Shown here: piece by piece, positions 9,111 through 22,600 of the stretch
Position numbering within the stretch: position 1 is the first letter of the stretch
How the letters are laid out: the number at the start of each line of letters is the position of its first letter
NCBI RefSeq assembly: GCF_037042905.1
Contig: NC_087251.1
Coordinates: forward strand, 3,846,001 to 3,906,000
Direction of reading: 5' to 3'
From: Lytechinus pictus
Taxonomy: Eukaryota
Length of the DNA: 60,000 nt
The notes under the pieces: model-generated
Seen by the model: the letters and a program-made list of their open reading frames with translations, nothing else
What the model was told of the DNA's origin: nothing
Database searches by the model: none
Made by a program: the position numbers and the translations under genes

Positions 9111-12100
9111 CTAATTTAAAAAAAGAAAGATACTAGTAATAGCTACATTATTGTGATATTCAGAAGAATATCCACTATATAAACATATATGCAATTAAAT
9201 TACACTGTACATTTTCAGCAAAATTAAACGTTAATAAGAAGATTCACACCATTAAACTTGCATTACTACTTTATAAGCCATTTCACAATTTGAATGCCTT
9301 TGAAATCATGCTGAAGTGTTCATGTGTCTGTTTCTTCAATGATTTAAGTCTGTGTGTGATATGCCTTCAAAAACAAAGGGGACCGAGTCATTAAATGAGA
9401 AGAGAAATGACCCATTTCAACCAAGGCTGAAAACGAGGCTTATCACTCTGCTGCACTTCAAAATGACTGACTCTCTACTAGAATAATAATCTTATTAACT
9501 TCTTTGTTCAACAAAAACACTTTTGTATGATGCAAATTCAGTATTTTCTTCTTAAACATGACTGGTGAAGGCTATATTTTACCACCGTGTAAAGACCTTA
9601 TCCAGTCATCTTAATCCAAGCTTGAATGCATATCATTTTCTTAGATATAGGATATGCATAAAAAGCTGGATCGGTTTCTTAATAGCTGAAGCTCCTCCTT
9701 TCACCATCCTTATTATAAAGTAATATACCTGGCGAAATACCAAATTATAGCACTTTGAAAATAGGAATATGATAGAACTGCAGGTGTTCACAAAATGGTG
9801 CCAGATGGTACAGCAATACAAAACATAATGAAAACTAAATATTACAAGTGTTACATTATACATACTCCTTGCATTCAATATTCTTTCCCTCTTCATCACA
9901 TTTGGTGGAAACATCAACAAGAACTTCAGCACATTCTTTCATCAACGGAAACATCTGAATATAAAACAAAATGACATATTTTCAACTCATATAGCATGAA
10001 TAATTATTGTGATATGAAGTCAATATTCTTTATAAGATATCATAGACAATCAGATACAACCAGGAATTCAGCTCTGCTGTAAATGTAGTACACTTGATTT
10101 CTACTACTAGTAGTATGATAATTGCAAAACTCAATAGAACAGTACCATATGCTATTATTTAGTAAGAAAGTTGTGTGAGAAGGGGACAATTTTTAAAAAT
10201 CATTTGCGAAAAAAAAATGTTTAAAAAAATGAGATGCAAGTTCAAATGCATGCTTCGGTTTAGTTTAAGTCAAGTTTGTGAATGATTACAACTTTCATGA
10301 AAATCCTCCATTAAATTTATATTCTTCACATTTAATGTTTTGGAGAAGTGATTAGTATGTCTCATACACACGGGACAATATATCAAATTACAACGCATCC
10401 CTTTGCCAGTTGAGTTTTAGTGTCAAATTTACAGTATATCATTATGTCAAGTCACACTATATACAGGGCATAAATGATTTCAATACTATGGAAACTACTT
10501 GTTTAAAGATTAATCTGAATAGGTTTAAAGCACTTACTCTCTTAAGCTTGACACTTGTAAATGATGGAGAGAGTAAATTACGAATTTGTCTCCATCTCTC
10601 ATCCTTAGCACTCAACATACCACCATCGAGAAGATCATTCTTCAATACAGCTCTCTAGGATACAAACATAATTAAACTTCACTATCAAATCATATAACCA
10701 ATGTTATTCATGCTTTTGGTGGAGAAAATAATACCATGTAATGATAAGAGGCATTCAAATAAAAAAAAATACCTTTTCAAAGTTTTGAATCAGTAAAAAT
10801 ACTAAAATATACATAAAGTAATCTCCATATCATTATCAAATATTTCTGATAGCAGTGATATTGTTACAAGTTTCGAAACTACCTATACATGATAAACAAG
10901 CAGTATTCATCTTATAATTCAAAGTTGAACTAGCTTTTATCACTTATTTAAATAGAAAATATTTTGCAGAGATTTTTTTGTGTGGTGGTGTTGTAGTCTA
11001 GATGATAATACTCTTGTCTTTCAATCTGAGGGACATGGGTTCAATTCCCAGCCATGGTGCGTTTTTCTTTCAGCAAGAAATTTACTCACATTGTGCTGCA
11101 CTCAACCCAGGTGAGGTATATGTAAATGGGTACCGCCAGGAAGCAATTCCTCAATAAGCTGTGAGCACCGGAATAGGTATACTAGCTTAGCCGGGGTGAT
11201 ATAGGAGCCCCTTGAGGACCTAATAAGGTGGATATGCGCACTATACAAATCCTTTATTATTTCATTATTTAAACAGTATCTGTCCCTTTACATTTCACAC
11301 TGTCTATTCCAGAGTCTTCTATTCAATTATGATCATTAAACACATGGTACATACATTCACTTTAACATGAAAGAGGGAGAATCTGAGAACCTATAATAAA
11401 GATAAAAAGGTGCCTGGCTTTTATAATGAGTGAATTTAGATTTCAAGAGGCTAATCTAAAGATGTTCCTTTGATAACCAAGCAGTCTTCATCTTACAATT
11501 TAAACTTGAAATATCTTTTCTCACTTATTTTTTCATTCCAAAAAGGAAATAATTTGCAGAGATTTAATTTCTCTTTACTTATCCTAATCTCTCAAAGACA
11601 ATAATTATGTACCCTACAAAAAATTTAAAAATAGAATAAGCTCCATACATCTCGATTCACGAAATGATCAAAGTCTTTCACCAATATTTTCCTCACTACA
11701 TCTGGATCAGAGACTAAGAGCGTGGGTTTCCGGAAATTGTAGACACTGTAACAATATAAAAACAAGTCAGTATTTTTGTTACCTTTTTTAATCATCTTTT
11801 CAAAATAACATTCATATGAGAAACACATTATCATACTTTTAAAATGTATTTTTCAAAACAAAAAATTAATATTTTTTTATTTGAAATTATTCCTTTTTAG
11901 TTAATATTTTGTCAAATTTAAAGTCTTATAAATCTATTTTCCATAAATACTTCAACTTACCCAACAATCTTTCCATATTTCTGGAAATATTCAGCAAATC
12001 TATCATGAAATACCTGTGAGAATTAATTTAAATATCATTATACTCCTAACATATAATCAAAGAAAGGATATAGATAAACAAGAGGAACGCCTCTGGCAGT

Positions 12101-14411
12101 CTCGCCTGTATTACGCAATTAGATATAACAGTGCTGACTTTGAAAGCAGCTAAAGAACACTTATTCACAAAAGAAAACACTCATATGATAATAAAATACT
12201 ATGTCCATATTGACCCAATATGACCTTGATAACCCTTATTGCCTATATGATTGATGAGCTATATGCTACATGTGTATAGATCCATAAACTTTCTAAGTTA
12301 TGATGCCAATTCAACAAATACCCCAAAACGGCCAAAGTTCATTGACCTTAAATGACCTTTGATCTCGGCCATGTGACCTGAAATACACACAGGATATTCA
12401 GGGATACATGGTTACTCTTACGTCCAAGTCTCATGAACTAGATCCATAAAATTTCAAAGTTATGATGACAATTCCACAAATACTCCCAACATGGTCAAAG
12501 TTCATTGACCCTAAGTGACCTCTGACCTGGTCATGTGACCTGAAACTAAAGCAGGATGTTTAGTAATACTTGATTACTCTTATGTCCAAGTTTCATGAAC
12601 TAGATCCATATACTTTTTAAGTTATGATGACATTTCAAAAACTTAACCTTGGTTAAGATTTTAATGTTGACGCCGCCGATTTTATTTTCTCAATGAATAG
12701 TGAAATTTCTTATACAAATCAACTATGATGTCAAAACACTTACAAACGTACTCCAGGCTGAAAATGATATAATTTGAACAGATAAAGTAAACTTAAAAAA
12801 AATGACAATTTCATTAAAATTGGACAAGGAATAACAAAGATATGACATTTTCAAATGTTGCATTATTTTATTGAAACAGATCTATGCATTTGTCTTCATG
12901 AATATATATGCAGTGAGCAAGCTGATGTTGTCATCATATCCCCATTTATTTTATTTCATAATAAAACGAAAGTATATATTTTTTTCCTTCCAAGAATGAA
13001 AAAACAATGTATTGCCAACTGATTTCATGAGTTAAGATAATCACTGATGCAACTTATGCAACTTGTTACAATGGAGATATATCAAACATGTGTGTATGAA
13101 AATATGAAATGATCAACACCATAAGAAAAAAGAAAGTGAGGTCTTTAACATCATCAGCCCACCTATTGCACATTCATTATTATGGCATGCATGTAACTGT
13201 TAGATATAATTGATTTCAGCCTGGGGTACCCCTTCATTTATTCTGTTTTCTCTCTCCAAATTGCTGTTAGTGAATCTCTACTGAAATCTTATTTTGCATA
13301 TGTTTATAGTTTATAGGAATAAAGCAGTTAATAACAAATGCAATCATTACATAGATAATGTTTAAAAACAATTTACAATATAAACAGGTAAGACTGGCAA
13401 CTCACAAAAGGGAAATATGGATTCAGAGATTCAAACATGTGCCCAGTGTAGGGACAATGTGAGATAGGGGATATGAAATGGGTTAATCTGATTGTATTAT
13501 ACTTACAACAAACCACTCTATAAAGTTTCCAAATACAGGTATGGAAGGTGGGCTGGGGATGCCCTGCCTCTTAAAGTATGTCCTGCACCATTTGTCATAC
13601 CTGCAATAAGTCAAATAAAAAAGGTTAGAGAGGCTTTCTAGGGAAATTCATTTAAAGTGAATAGCACATAAAAGTGTTATTTTGTTCCCAGCTAGCCAGG
13701 TATAGGTATTTCCAGTTTGCATCTAGTCATGCAATAGTTAACGTTTTAGGTCTACGGTACTTGTCAGAATAAAATCAGAGCCAATTAATTGTTCCAGTTT
13801 GTCAAGACTGTGTCATGTAGAACACCAATTACCCAAAGTATGTAAAAGCCCAGCGATCATATAACAAAATAAATCTTAATCATCACTCAGAATGAACATA
13901 GTAAATTAGTTTTCCACCATTAAAGTAGCTACAAGGGTCAATGAAGACCTGTCCAAATATGATATCATAAAGCTCCATTCAATTGTATTGAATTCAATAA
14001 AACAAAATAAGATTAGATTTAAAAAAAAATTGGGGGGGGGGGGTGCAGGAGCCAGCAAAAACCGAAGATCTGCATTTCTACAGGTCATTTGATAGAATAA
14101 GAAAAAAATGTGTATAGGCCTATACAGATTAACCAAGGGGTGCATGGAAATATAAATTTTAACAAGACTTTTAAGCCACCATATCACTGAATTCAGTCCC
14201 ATGCACTCAAAGGCCAATTATACAACCATACTGAGTAAACACCGGCCATCGCAGTGTTCTGATTCCGAACGTAATACCCGTGTACCCATTTGCATCGATA
14301 TCTCCTACTGTCATATACACCATAATTATTATTTCCAGAACTTGAAGATCATAATACTTACGTGAAATACAAAATGATAACGCAAACTATTAGTAAAAGT
14401 GTGGTATACAT
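8962..14411 (-). CDS. Cytochrome P450, CYP3 clan (CYP3A-like), exons 1-7; remaining exons lie beyond the left edge
   Basis: Seven GT-AG exons with matching phases give MYTTLLLIVCVIILYFTYDKWCRTYFKRQGIPSPPSIPVFGN...KYGKIVGVYNFRKPTLLVSDPDVVRKILVKDFDHFVNR...WRQIRNLLSPSFTSVKLKRMFP...YAMDVIGSCAFG. Confidence 0.93.
9866..9954 (-). CDS. CYP exon 6 (89 nt)
   Basis: MFPLMKECAEVLVDVSTKCDEEGKNIECK; CAG acceptor, GTATGT donor. Confidence 0.9.
10538..10654 (-). CDS. CYP exon 5 (117 nt, C-helix WxxxR)
   Basis: ERWRQIRNLLSPSFTSVKLKR; TAG acceptor, GTAAGT donor. Confidence 0.92.
10985..11270 (+). mobile_element. tRNA-derived SINE (degenerate), CYP intron 4
   Basis: B box GGTTCAATTCCC; body CAGCAAGAAATTT...GCTGCACTCAACCCAGGTGAG shared with 50600-50925; TATT tail. 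Confidence 0.75.
11649..11745 (-). CDS. CYP exon 4 (97 nt)
   Basis: VYNFRKPTLLVSDPDVVRKILVKDFDHFVNRD; CAG acceptor, GTATGG donor. Confidence 0.92.
11961..12013 (-). CDS. CYP exon 3 (53 nt)
   Basis: VFHDRFAEYFQKYGKIVG; CAG acceptor, GTAAGT donor. Confidence 0.9.
12077..12680 (+). mobile_element. Helentron-associated (HINE/pearl-like) non-autonomous element with TGACCT subrepeats, CYP intron 2
   Basis: Head AACAAGAGGAACGCCTCTGGCAGTCTCGCC, about 130-bp internal subrepeats, GACGCCGCC near the end; homologous to 24075-24690 and 52440-53932. The family assignment is inferred from structure. Confidence 0.7.
13507..13600 (-). CDS. CYP exon 2 (94 nt, proline hinge)
   Basis: YFKRQGIPSPPSIPVFGNF; TGCAG acceptor, GTAAGT donor. 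Confidence 0.92.
14362..14411 (-). CDS. CYP exon 1 (50 nt coding, membrane anchor)
   Basis: ATG at 14411; MYTTLLLIVCVIILYF; donor GTAAGT. Confidence 0.85.
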
Positions 14412-15589
14412 CTTGCTTCTAATTATTGTCCGCAGGCTCAATGTGTCGGATTAGTGCTATAGCCGTGTGTTGAATTAAAATGGAGAAAAATTAGGGTGAA
14501 ATGAGTAGCGAGCGTGCACCGCTTTGAGTGAGAACGGCACCAGTCGCGATTATTGTGGGCAAAACATGTGGAATGAGACATAATTATAGACCACGCCCAT
14601 ATATGCACTGTGCTTTGATCGGATCGATGAAGTGGAAAGTTAGAAAATATCATTGGTGTAAAGAAAATCCTTTTATGGTAAAAAATGTCTACAACTAGTT
14701 CTATGTATACTTTAAGGTTTCATGGTCTTGGGAAGCGGCAGGTGCGGTTTTTTTTTTTTTTTTTTGGGGGGGGGAGGGATTAGGGGACTGAAGCCCCCTT
14801 AAATCCATCAAAAAAAAATTATACCATAGAGAGAAAAAAACATATGTATAGGTCCTGTATGCGAAGGCCAATATAATTGATTAATATAGTATTCCATTCA
14901 TGTCGTCAAGTGCTCTAAAATCAAAGTTTTTGATATTCAAATTCTAACATTTTCTCGCTCGGTCGCTAAACGCTCCCTCGCAAAATATCATGTAAATGAA
15001 GAATACATTAAGGTGTGAGTATAGGAAATCAATAATCTCCTGCAATAGGCTGTACAGTAGACTGCCTTGCAAACTTTTTTTTCGAAATTAGCCTCCCAAT
15101 GCTTGCACCACTGATCTCTCCACTAAGGGAGAGATCAGTGGCTTGCACCCGCGGCCACCACGAAATGCCATAAAGGAAGTTTAAACTCTGAAAAATGTCG
15201 TGTTTTGTCAAAAGCGCTCCGTATTTTTGTCATTCTTTATGATATTTTTCTATCGCTATATACTCCTGATAGAGGCTAAGCTTATTAAAAACAAAGTTTA
15301 GAGTCAGTAGTGCTGATCCATGTTTTGGATGGCTAGAGGGGGTAAAAAAACATTCCGGCGCACTCTGCGCGCCAAATTATAATGCAGAATTTTGCACGTG
15401 AAGCTCACCGAAAAGTTTAGTTTTATATGTTTAATAGCATTTTCATGTCAAGTCTGATGGTTTTATAGCGGTTTCAGATGTTTTTCAAACACATTTTTGC
15501 AATGGATTCTTAAATTTGTCCATCGATCTATCAATATTATTGGGCAGGGCCAAATCGATATGTTAGCCGCATCCCCAATATTTTCATGG

Positions 15590-16168
15590 CAGTCTAGAAC
15601 CGCGCCTTGGGAGAGGGGGTGCTGAATCACCCCTAAGATTTTGCCAGGGGGTGCTGCGTGTATTATTTTCCATAGGCAGCACCCCCTGGAATTGTGGTAG
15701 GTGTGTCACAAGGGAGAAATGTACGGAAAATGACCAACATCTTGTGTTAAACCTTTTTTTTGGGGGGGGGGGGTTGTCAACATTTTTGGCACCAAAACGA
15801 CCTTAATTATGCAGTGCTTTTTTTGTTAGTCAAATTTACATTTACTTTTGGCGGAGCCAAAAAAAAGGAAAAAGGGCAAGGAAGAGAAAAGAAAAAAAAG
15901 GAAAAGAGAGGAGAAAAAAGAGGAGGAAGACGAGTGAATAAATAAGGTGAGGGGAAGAATTGAAAAATAAAATTTAAAAATCTTTCATGCCAATATATAT
16001 ATATATGGGATTATTAAATATTTGTTGTTTTAAAAGAATAAGCTATATTGACTGTTAGGGCTACCCTTTCAAACAAACAAAATAAAAATCGATTTTGTGC
16101 GGCTAATCGTAAAGATATGGGTAAAAAAATTTTGGTCCTCCTATTGGCGAAAGCTGGATCCGCCCCTG
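15590..16168. repeat. Interspersed MITE-like repeat remnants (GGGGGTGCT/AGCACCCCC arms, purine tract, CTGGATCCGCCCCTG end)
   Basis: Short inverted arms and an hAT-like terminus at about 16154-16168; boundaries uncertain. Confidence 0.45.
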
Positions 16169-19100
16169 CATTATCCTTTTTTTTACCTAGATGTTTAGGT
16201 ATGTATTGATGCATGAAAACATTATTAAAAACTGATAAAATAACTTTTTATATTATTCTTTCTCAACTCTTCCATTGTTAGATTTCATTTTCTTTGCCAT
16301 TCTCAGCCTGTTAGGATATCTTGATGGGGGGGGGGGGAGGTTCAAGAGGATCTGAAGATGAAGTAATGTTTCTTCTCAATCAAATTATAGGGGAATAGGG
16401 TTATACAAAGCCAAGGCTATACCTCTTTTTTACACTCTTCTTCTTTCCCTTTTCTCTCTTTATCCTTTTCTCCCAACTATTGTCTTTTATTTACAAAAAA
16501 AATCATAGGACGAGTCACCCCTGCTCACACACACAAACCCAACTGTAGAAGCGCCAAGGTCTTTCAATCATGACTATCATATTTCATTTCTCTTTGATCA
16601 TAAAAACTATAATGTTATCAAAATAAAGAATTGATTTGTAATGAAGTTTATCAAAATTTCTATAAAAATAACATTATCTATTGATTATTACAATCATTAT
16701 CATCATCACCATCATCGTCACCATCATCACCAGTTTATCACCATTACTATCTATAATTATTTGTTTCATATCACCTGAAATACAAGAAAATATCAACAAG
16801 AACAAGCCCATCATATAAATAATCAGAGTATCAACGAGAATGGTTTCAAATAGCACCTAAACGGATGTGTTCATTTTATTGAGAAAGTTCTTATGAAATT
16901 GTTCACATAAACTAAGATACAAATGTAGTCTGCACAATGTGTTAATACTTTTTGGCATTGTGTGTGTTGGTCACAAATAACTATTGGAAAGAACAAGTGA
17001 AGCATCAATAATGATTTCAGAATTACAAATCCTTATTTGATATTACTGATAGAAAGAGTGCCATGTGCCATTGGTTGCTGGAGTTTGACCATGTATACAT
17101 TGTCCTTGTAATGATCACTCACAGCCTGAACCAAATATTCATGCTACATCAAAGTTTTTGATTATGACATTTAAGAGCAGTCAAATCTTTAGAAACATGG
17201 CAAATTATGAAATATTGATATCATGGGTGTAAATACATGATGTCATACTATTTTAATGGGGGTATGACACAATAGTTCATCCCCCTATAGGTTTGTTGCT
17301 TGAATTTACACCAGTGATTGTTATAAAAAGCTGGGAAAAAAAACCCCATAATGTTAAGTAAGTAACTGCAAATACAGGGTGAATACCATCAAAGTAAACA
17401 ACTAAATGAATATAATATATGCATTGTTTATATTTGATACAGAGTGTATTATACATATATGAATCAACCCCACTTAAAAATCAATAAACATTATGTAAAT
17501 TTGTGGCTATAAATAGAGTCCTTATTAAAAATGTGAAAGACTTACAATTACACTACACAGAAGAAAGACAGGGATTTGAAAGATATTTCAATGCTGTTAC
17601 ATAATTAGGTCATTATCGGTCTGTTGCATGAAATTTAAGAATGATAACAAATCCCATATACCACAGACAATTCCTAGATGAAGATTATGTTAACAAATAA
17701 TCTACCCAAGTTTCATTCTAACAATTTTAATAGTCCTCAGACTTTATCAAAAGAATTTCACTTGCTACACATGATTTAAAAATACACAACTTTGCATACA
17801 GATTTTAAAAACTGTTTTATATCTATGGTAATATCATGATTGAAAGGCTGATTGACAAATAATTCTAAGAAAGTGAAAAGGTGATAAGTATTTCAAAGCA
17901 TTTATTATCATTCTCTACCCAACATTATTTTTTGAAAAAAAAATTTCATATACAAGATAATAATTGTGTCGATTCTCACTGTTTTTAATACTTTAATAAC
18001 CATTACAATAAAAAGGACTAAAATCAAAATGAATGATAAAAATATAAGTACACAGCTCACATTATGTAGCACAGATAAAACAAAACTTTCATGTCCATAA
18101 GGTTAAAAATGGGTATCAATTTTTTTTGGTAAAATACTGCATAAAATCAACAATCAGATCATTGTCGCATCTAAAAAAAAGTTGCATAGTAACTGTCAAG
18201 TACTGCTTTGGAAAATGTGTTTCAAATGAGGTAAGCTTCTGTGATCAATTACTGGGGTGGTCTAATAGTGTTGAAAGCTGGTGATTGTGTTGGGGTGGCA
18301 TTAACAACAGCCATAACACCCAACTTGAAGTGAGGCTGTAGGGATTAAATGGCAGCAAGTGCTTAGCTTTCAATGAAGAAAGTACTATCATTTTCTAAAC
18401 CCAAGTCTTATGCTCTCAAAATAAACACCATCACTTAACACTGTACTTGTTATCAACCAGTATATTACTTCATTGCAATATATTTAAACAGGAAAATGAA
18501 AAGCTTCTCCAATGCTTCACCAGCAGCATTTTAAGTGCAGGTAGGCTATTTTACACAATAACTCAAGAAAGGCACCAATCATATAGAAGGAAGACTAAAT
18601 TATACACAGTGGACATATATATGAGGATTAAATGAATGAAAAATAGCCAATATACATTCAAGATACACAACAACAACTAACAATCTACACAGCTATTATA
18701 CAAAATTAACAGAAGTGCATTTCTCTTTGTTAAAGAGAAACCATTTCTAGGCACCATAAGTTGAAAGTGTATTTCCACAATGTTGGAGAATCTCTTGACT
18801 TCAATAGCGAATGAATATCAAATGACAGCTAGCTAACTGGAACATCCATGTAACAATCTACATCGAGATCTGGTATGTGAAAAAATAGTAAGAAAATAAT
18901 AACGATAAATAAAGGGGAAGAGTATTATATTTTCTTATATGAGAATATGAAAAGAATTTAGGTTTGAATCAAGTCTATATCTTTGCTTAGACATTTTTTT
19001 TAAATCATAAAGTAAATTTTTCATCTCATAGATAATCTCACGTAAGTGAAGGAAATAATATATCATTTGTAATTTGAGTTTTGGATATATCAGAAAACCT

Positions 19101-19570
19101 TGAACCAATGGATCGTGAAATAGATTTTCAAGCATTCATTTTTTTAATTCTCAGCTTGGAGGATATTGTAGTTCCTTGAAAAAAGACAGAGAGCAGACAT
19201 GTAAACAAAGTGAACATACACTTAAGAACCTAAGCAAACATGGACTTTAGACCACAATTATAATGAGCCATCTTTGAATAATAATCTGAAGGCTTCATAA
19301 ATGACCTTGCCATATATGGACATTGAACAATGGTACAGAGGAGAGAAATGCCGAAAATATAGAGCATTGTGTGTCACAAAGTGGGAACAATGGGATTCAA
19401 TATCAAATTGATCTAATATTTTACATGCATATTCATACCAAATATTCAAAGCAGTCCCTTATAACAAGTCACTTAACTTTTTTTTTCTCCAAATGAGACT
19501 TGATGATTTTTCTGCCTGCGATGTAGACATTTGAAAAAAAAATAGCATTAGGGCAATGAATTACTTACAT

Positions 19571-19692
19571 TTAGTTGCAAGGGATGTCATTTGGTGCAAG
19601 GGCATTAGGACAAACACATGAAGCCCTGGATTCAGGAGCTGGAAGACATAGGTTTCTGCATCCACCATTCTGATAGGCACATCGGTTGTTAC
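19571..19692 (-). CDS. NID: Nidogen exon 23 (C-terminal EGF, stop)
   Basis: [28 protein letters not shown]...PCN*; TAA at 19573-19571. Confidence 0.93.
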
Positions 19693-22600
19693 CTAAAATC
19701 AAAATAAAAAAAAGAATGCAAATGTCAAAATATCTTTTATTCAAACTTGGACTTAACAAACTTTGTATAACCTAATATCAAAATATTGATGAATTGAATA
19801 TATATTTCCATCAGAATGTACCAGCAGCTTGAATAACAACTTCTGAAAACATACTTGGCAATTTTACAGTTAAAAACTGTATTACAGGATCTTAATATAT
19901 GTATAACAAAATATTTTAGGTCAAGGACTGTCTCATAACCAATAAATACATAACAATTACAAGTTTGCTGGTTACACAAATACAAAAGTTAGATTTATAT
20001 ATTTACTAGTTCAGGCCTTAAGGCATAAGGCAGTTTTGTATTTTGACTAATTTGCACAACATTGTTGATGCAATATAAATGATATAAGAGATAGAGCACT
20101 TACCAGCAGGGCACTGTGTAATAGCAGCAATACCATAGGGCTTTCCATTACCACCTCTGGGTAGAGCATGAGATTGGCTAACACCTCCATTTATGTTGAC
20201 AGACTGGATGTTGGTGCTAGGAAAAAAGAGAATTATTTCTATTGTAATGATGTCAAATATACTACAAATTATCTTGCTGTAGAATTTGTTATATTCCGCA
20301 TACAAAGAATCTTGCTATTGGATTGGTCAAAAGTCAGTCAAGTAATAAAGGGTACATGTAGTTTCCCCATCAATCATCACTCGCAGTGATTGGCCTTTTT
20401 TTTGTTTTGCCGATCTTTTTCAGCCCATAGGGTCATAACGCGTTGTGAATTAGTTTTGAAATTGCATTACCCCTCGATTGTTTTGTTGTGACGTGAAGTC
20501 GCAATAAATCTTGCTGGAGCAAGATCTTGGGAAAGGGAAAAGGAAGAAAGAAAAGCAGGGAAAGATGATGGTACTTACTTCAGCCAGTCTGTCCAATATA
20601 GATCATAACCCAATAAAGTAAGAGCGAAAGGATATTCAGCAGTGGAAGCCTGGTAACGTGAATCTGGGTCTTTATTACGGTTCATGCAAGAAACCGCCTG
20701 TTCACCTAAAAACAACAATAAAATGTGGCTGAAACTTTCATATTCTGCTATACTTATTCATAAATTCATAGATTTATTTATCATTTACTTTTTGCATATC
20801 TATTTTTTCTTAATCTATCTATTCATTTACTCCTATATCTATGTAATACTTAATTTATTCAATCAACTAATAACTGAGGACATTTAGAGAAAGACTGAAA
20901 TTGTCTCAATTGTATAAGTTCAGAACAAATAAATTGCTTAATTTCTTTCCAACACTTTCATCAAATAATAATAACAAGAGGAACAATTTGGAAGTTTATC
21001 TTATGATTTTATTCAAATACCCTAAAATCTAATCACAATAGCAAGCTGTAACTTGTGAATCTAGATATGTTTCTCTAATTCACATACAGATATTTAGATA
21101 AGATTATAAGAGAGAGAGATACATGATGAAAATTCTTACCAGCATCTGCCCAACAAAGTCTATTTGAGTTCAGATCAATAGTGAGACCATTGGGCATGAC
21201 AATATCTGTATCCAAAAACACCTCTCTGTCGCTTCCATCTGTACTAGACACTTCAATACGTGGGTAGCTACGATCCCAGTCAGCCCAATACAAGTACCTG
21301 AATGAATGGCACAAAAACAACAAATATCTCTATGAAAATCAATTGACACCAAGGAAAAATGTTTAAAATAAGAGGCTGTGCATAAACATCATTAACTTTT
21401 AAACTATAAATTGAAAAGGAAATAATATTCTGTATATCATTTTTTCAAAAATGCTAAGTTATATCAGTCTTAATTTATTACAAATTTCCTCTTCAAGATT
21501 GAGATTTAGAAACATCATGGGATATGAGAGTATACAGACATTATTTTGTCTTCTCACATCACTTGAGTAATAAAAGCTTTATAGCACTTTATTTTACAAA
21601 TCATACAAAGATATTCCTACCCTCCAACTGGATCCACAACAATAGATCTTGGATTGACAAGGTCTGTATCAAATAGCACATGTCTATTGCGTCCATCAAG
21701 ATTAGAGACCTCAATACGATCAAATCCTGAGTCAGTCCAGTACATGTTACGACTAAGATGATCAATAGCTACACCTTCTGGGCTGCTCAGACCTGTACAA
21801 ATAGAAAGAGAGAGAGAGATGAGAATCAAGGCATTGGATATTAAACCAGGTAGCATGGACAGGGGGCACAATAACCACCCCCCCCCCCCTGTCCCTTTAA
21901 GTCTTGTGAAAATATGTACACAAAAAGCAGTCTAAACATTGTTTTATAATTTTTTCTCTTTTGAGTCTTGTAAATCTTTTGAGACCAAACATGTGACATC
22001 CGCGCGTTCAGTTCTCAAGTTAAGCATCATTTGTAAGTATGTCAAACTTAAAACTGCAAAAACATGATTTCATATGCAAATCCAATTCAAACTATGTTTC
22101 TAGCAAATATTCATAATTGTATCATTATTTTTTTGTACTTTTAATGATCAAAATCAATTGATTTCATGTTATTTATGATTGAAATAGTCTCTAATAACAC
22201 CGGTGAAAAAATATATAGGATAGGTTTTAATAATCCTGCTCTCTTTGGTTAAATTGTAAAATTGTAAATTTTTGCATTTTAAATGTTTAAATATCTATAA
22301 ATCAATCAATGAAATGGCTTTTAACTGATATAGAAAAGCTAACACTGAATACAGCATTAGTTTTATACTTATTTCTTTATGACTTTCTTTTTTTCTCAAA
22401 TGAATTTATCTCAACTTTAACATATCCTATTTAGGAGCTTTTTGACTTACTGTACTTTTTGAATAACCTTTTTTTTCTACAATACTAAAATCATTATTCT
22501 TAAAATAAACTTACTTGAATTGATAATGACACTGACATCCCTACCATCAATGGATGCCCTCATGATAGTCCTACCACTGATATCAGTCCAATATACATGT

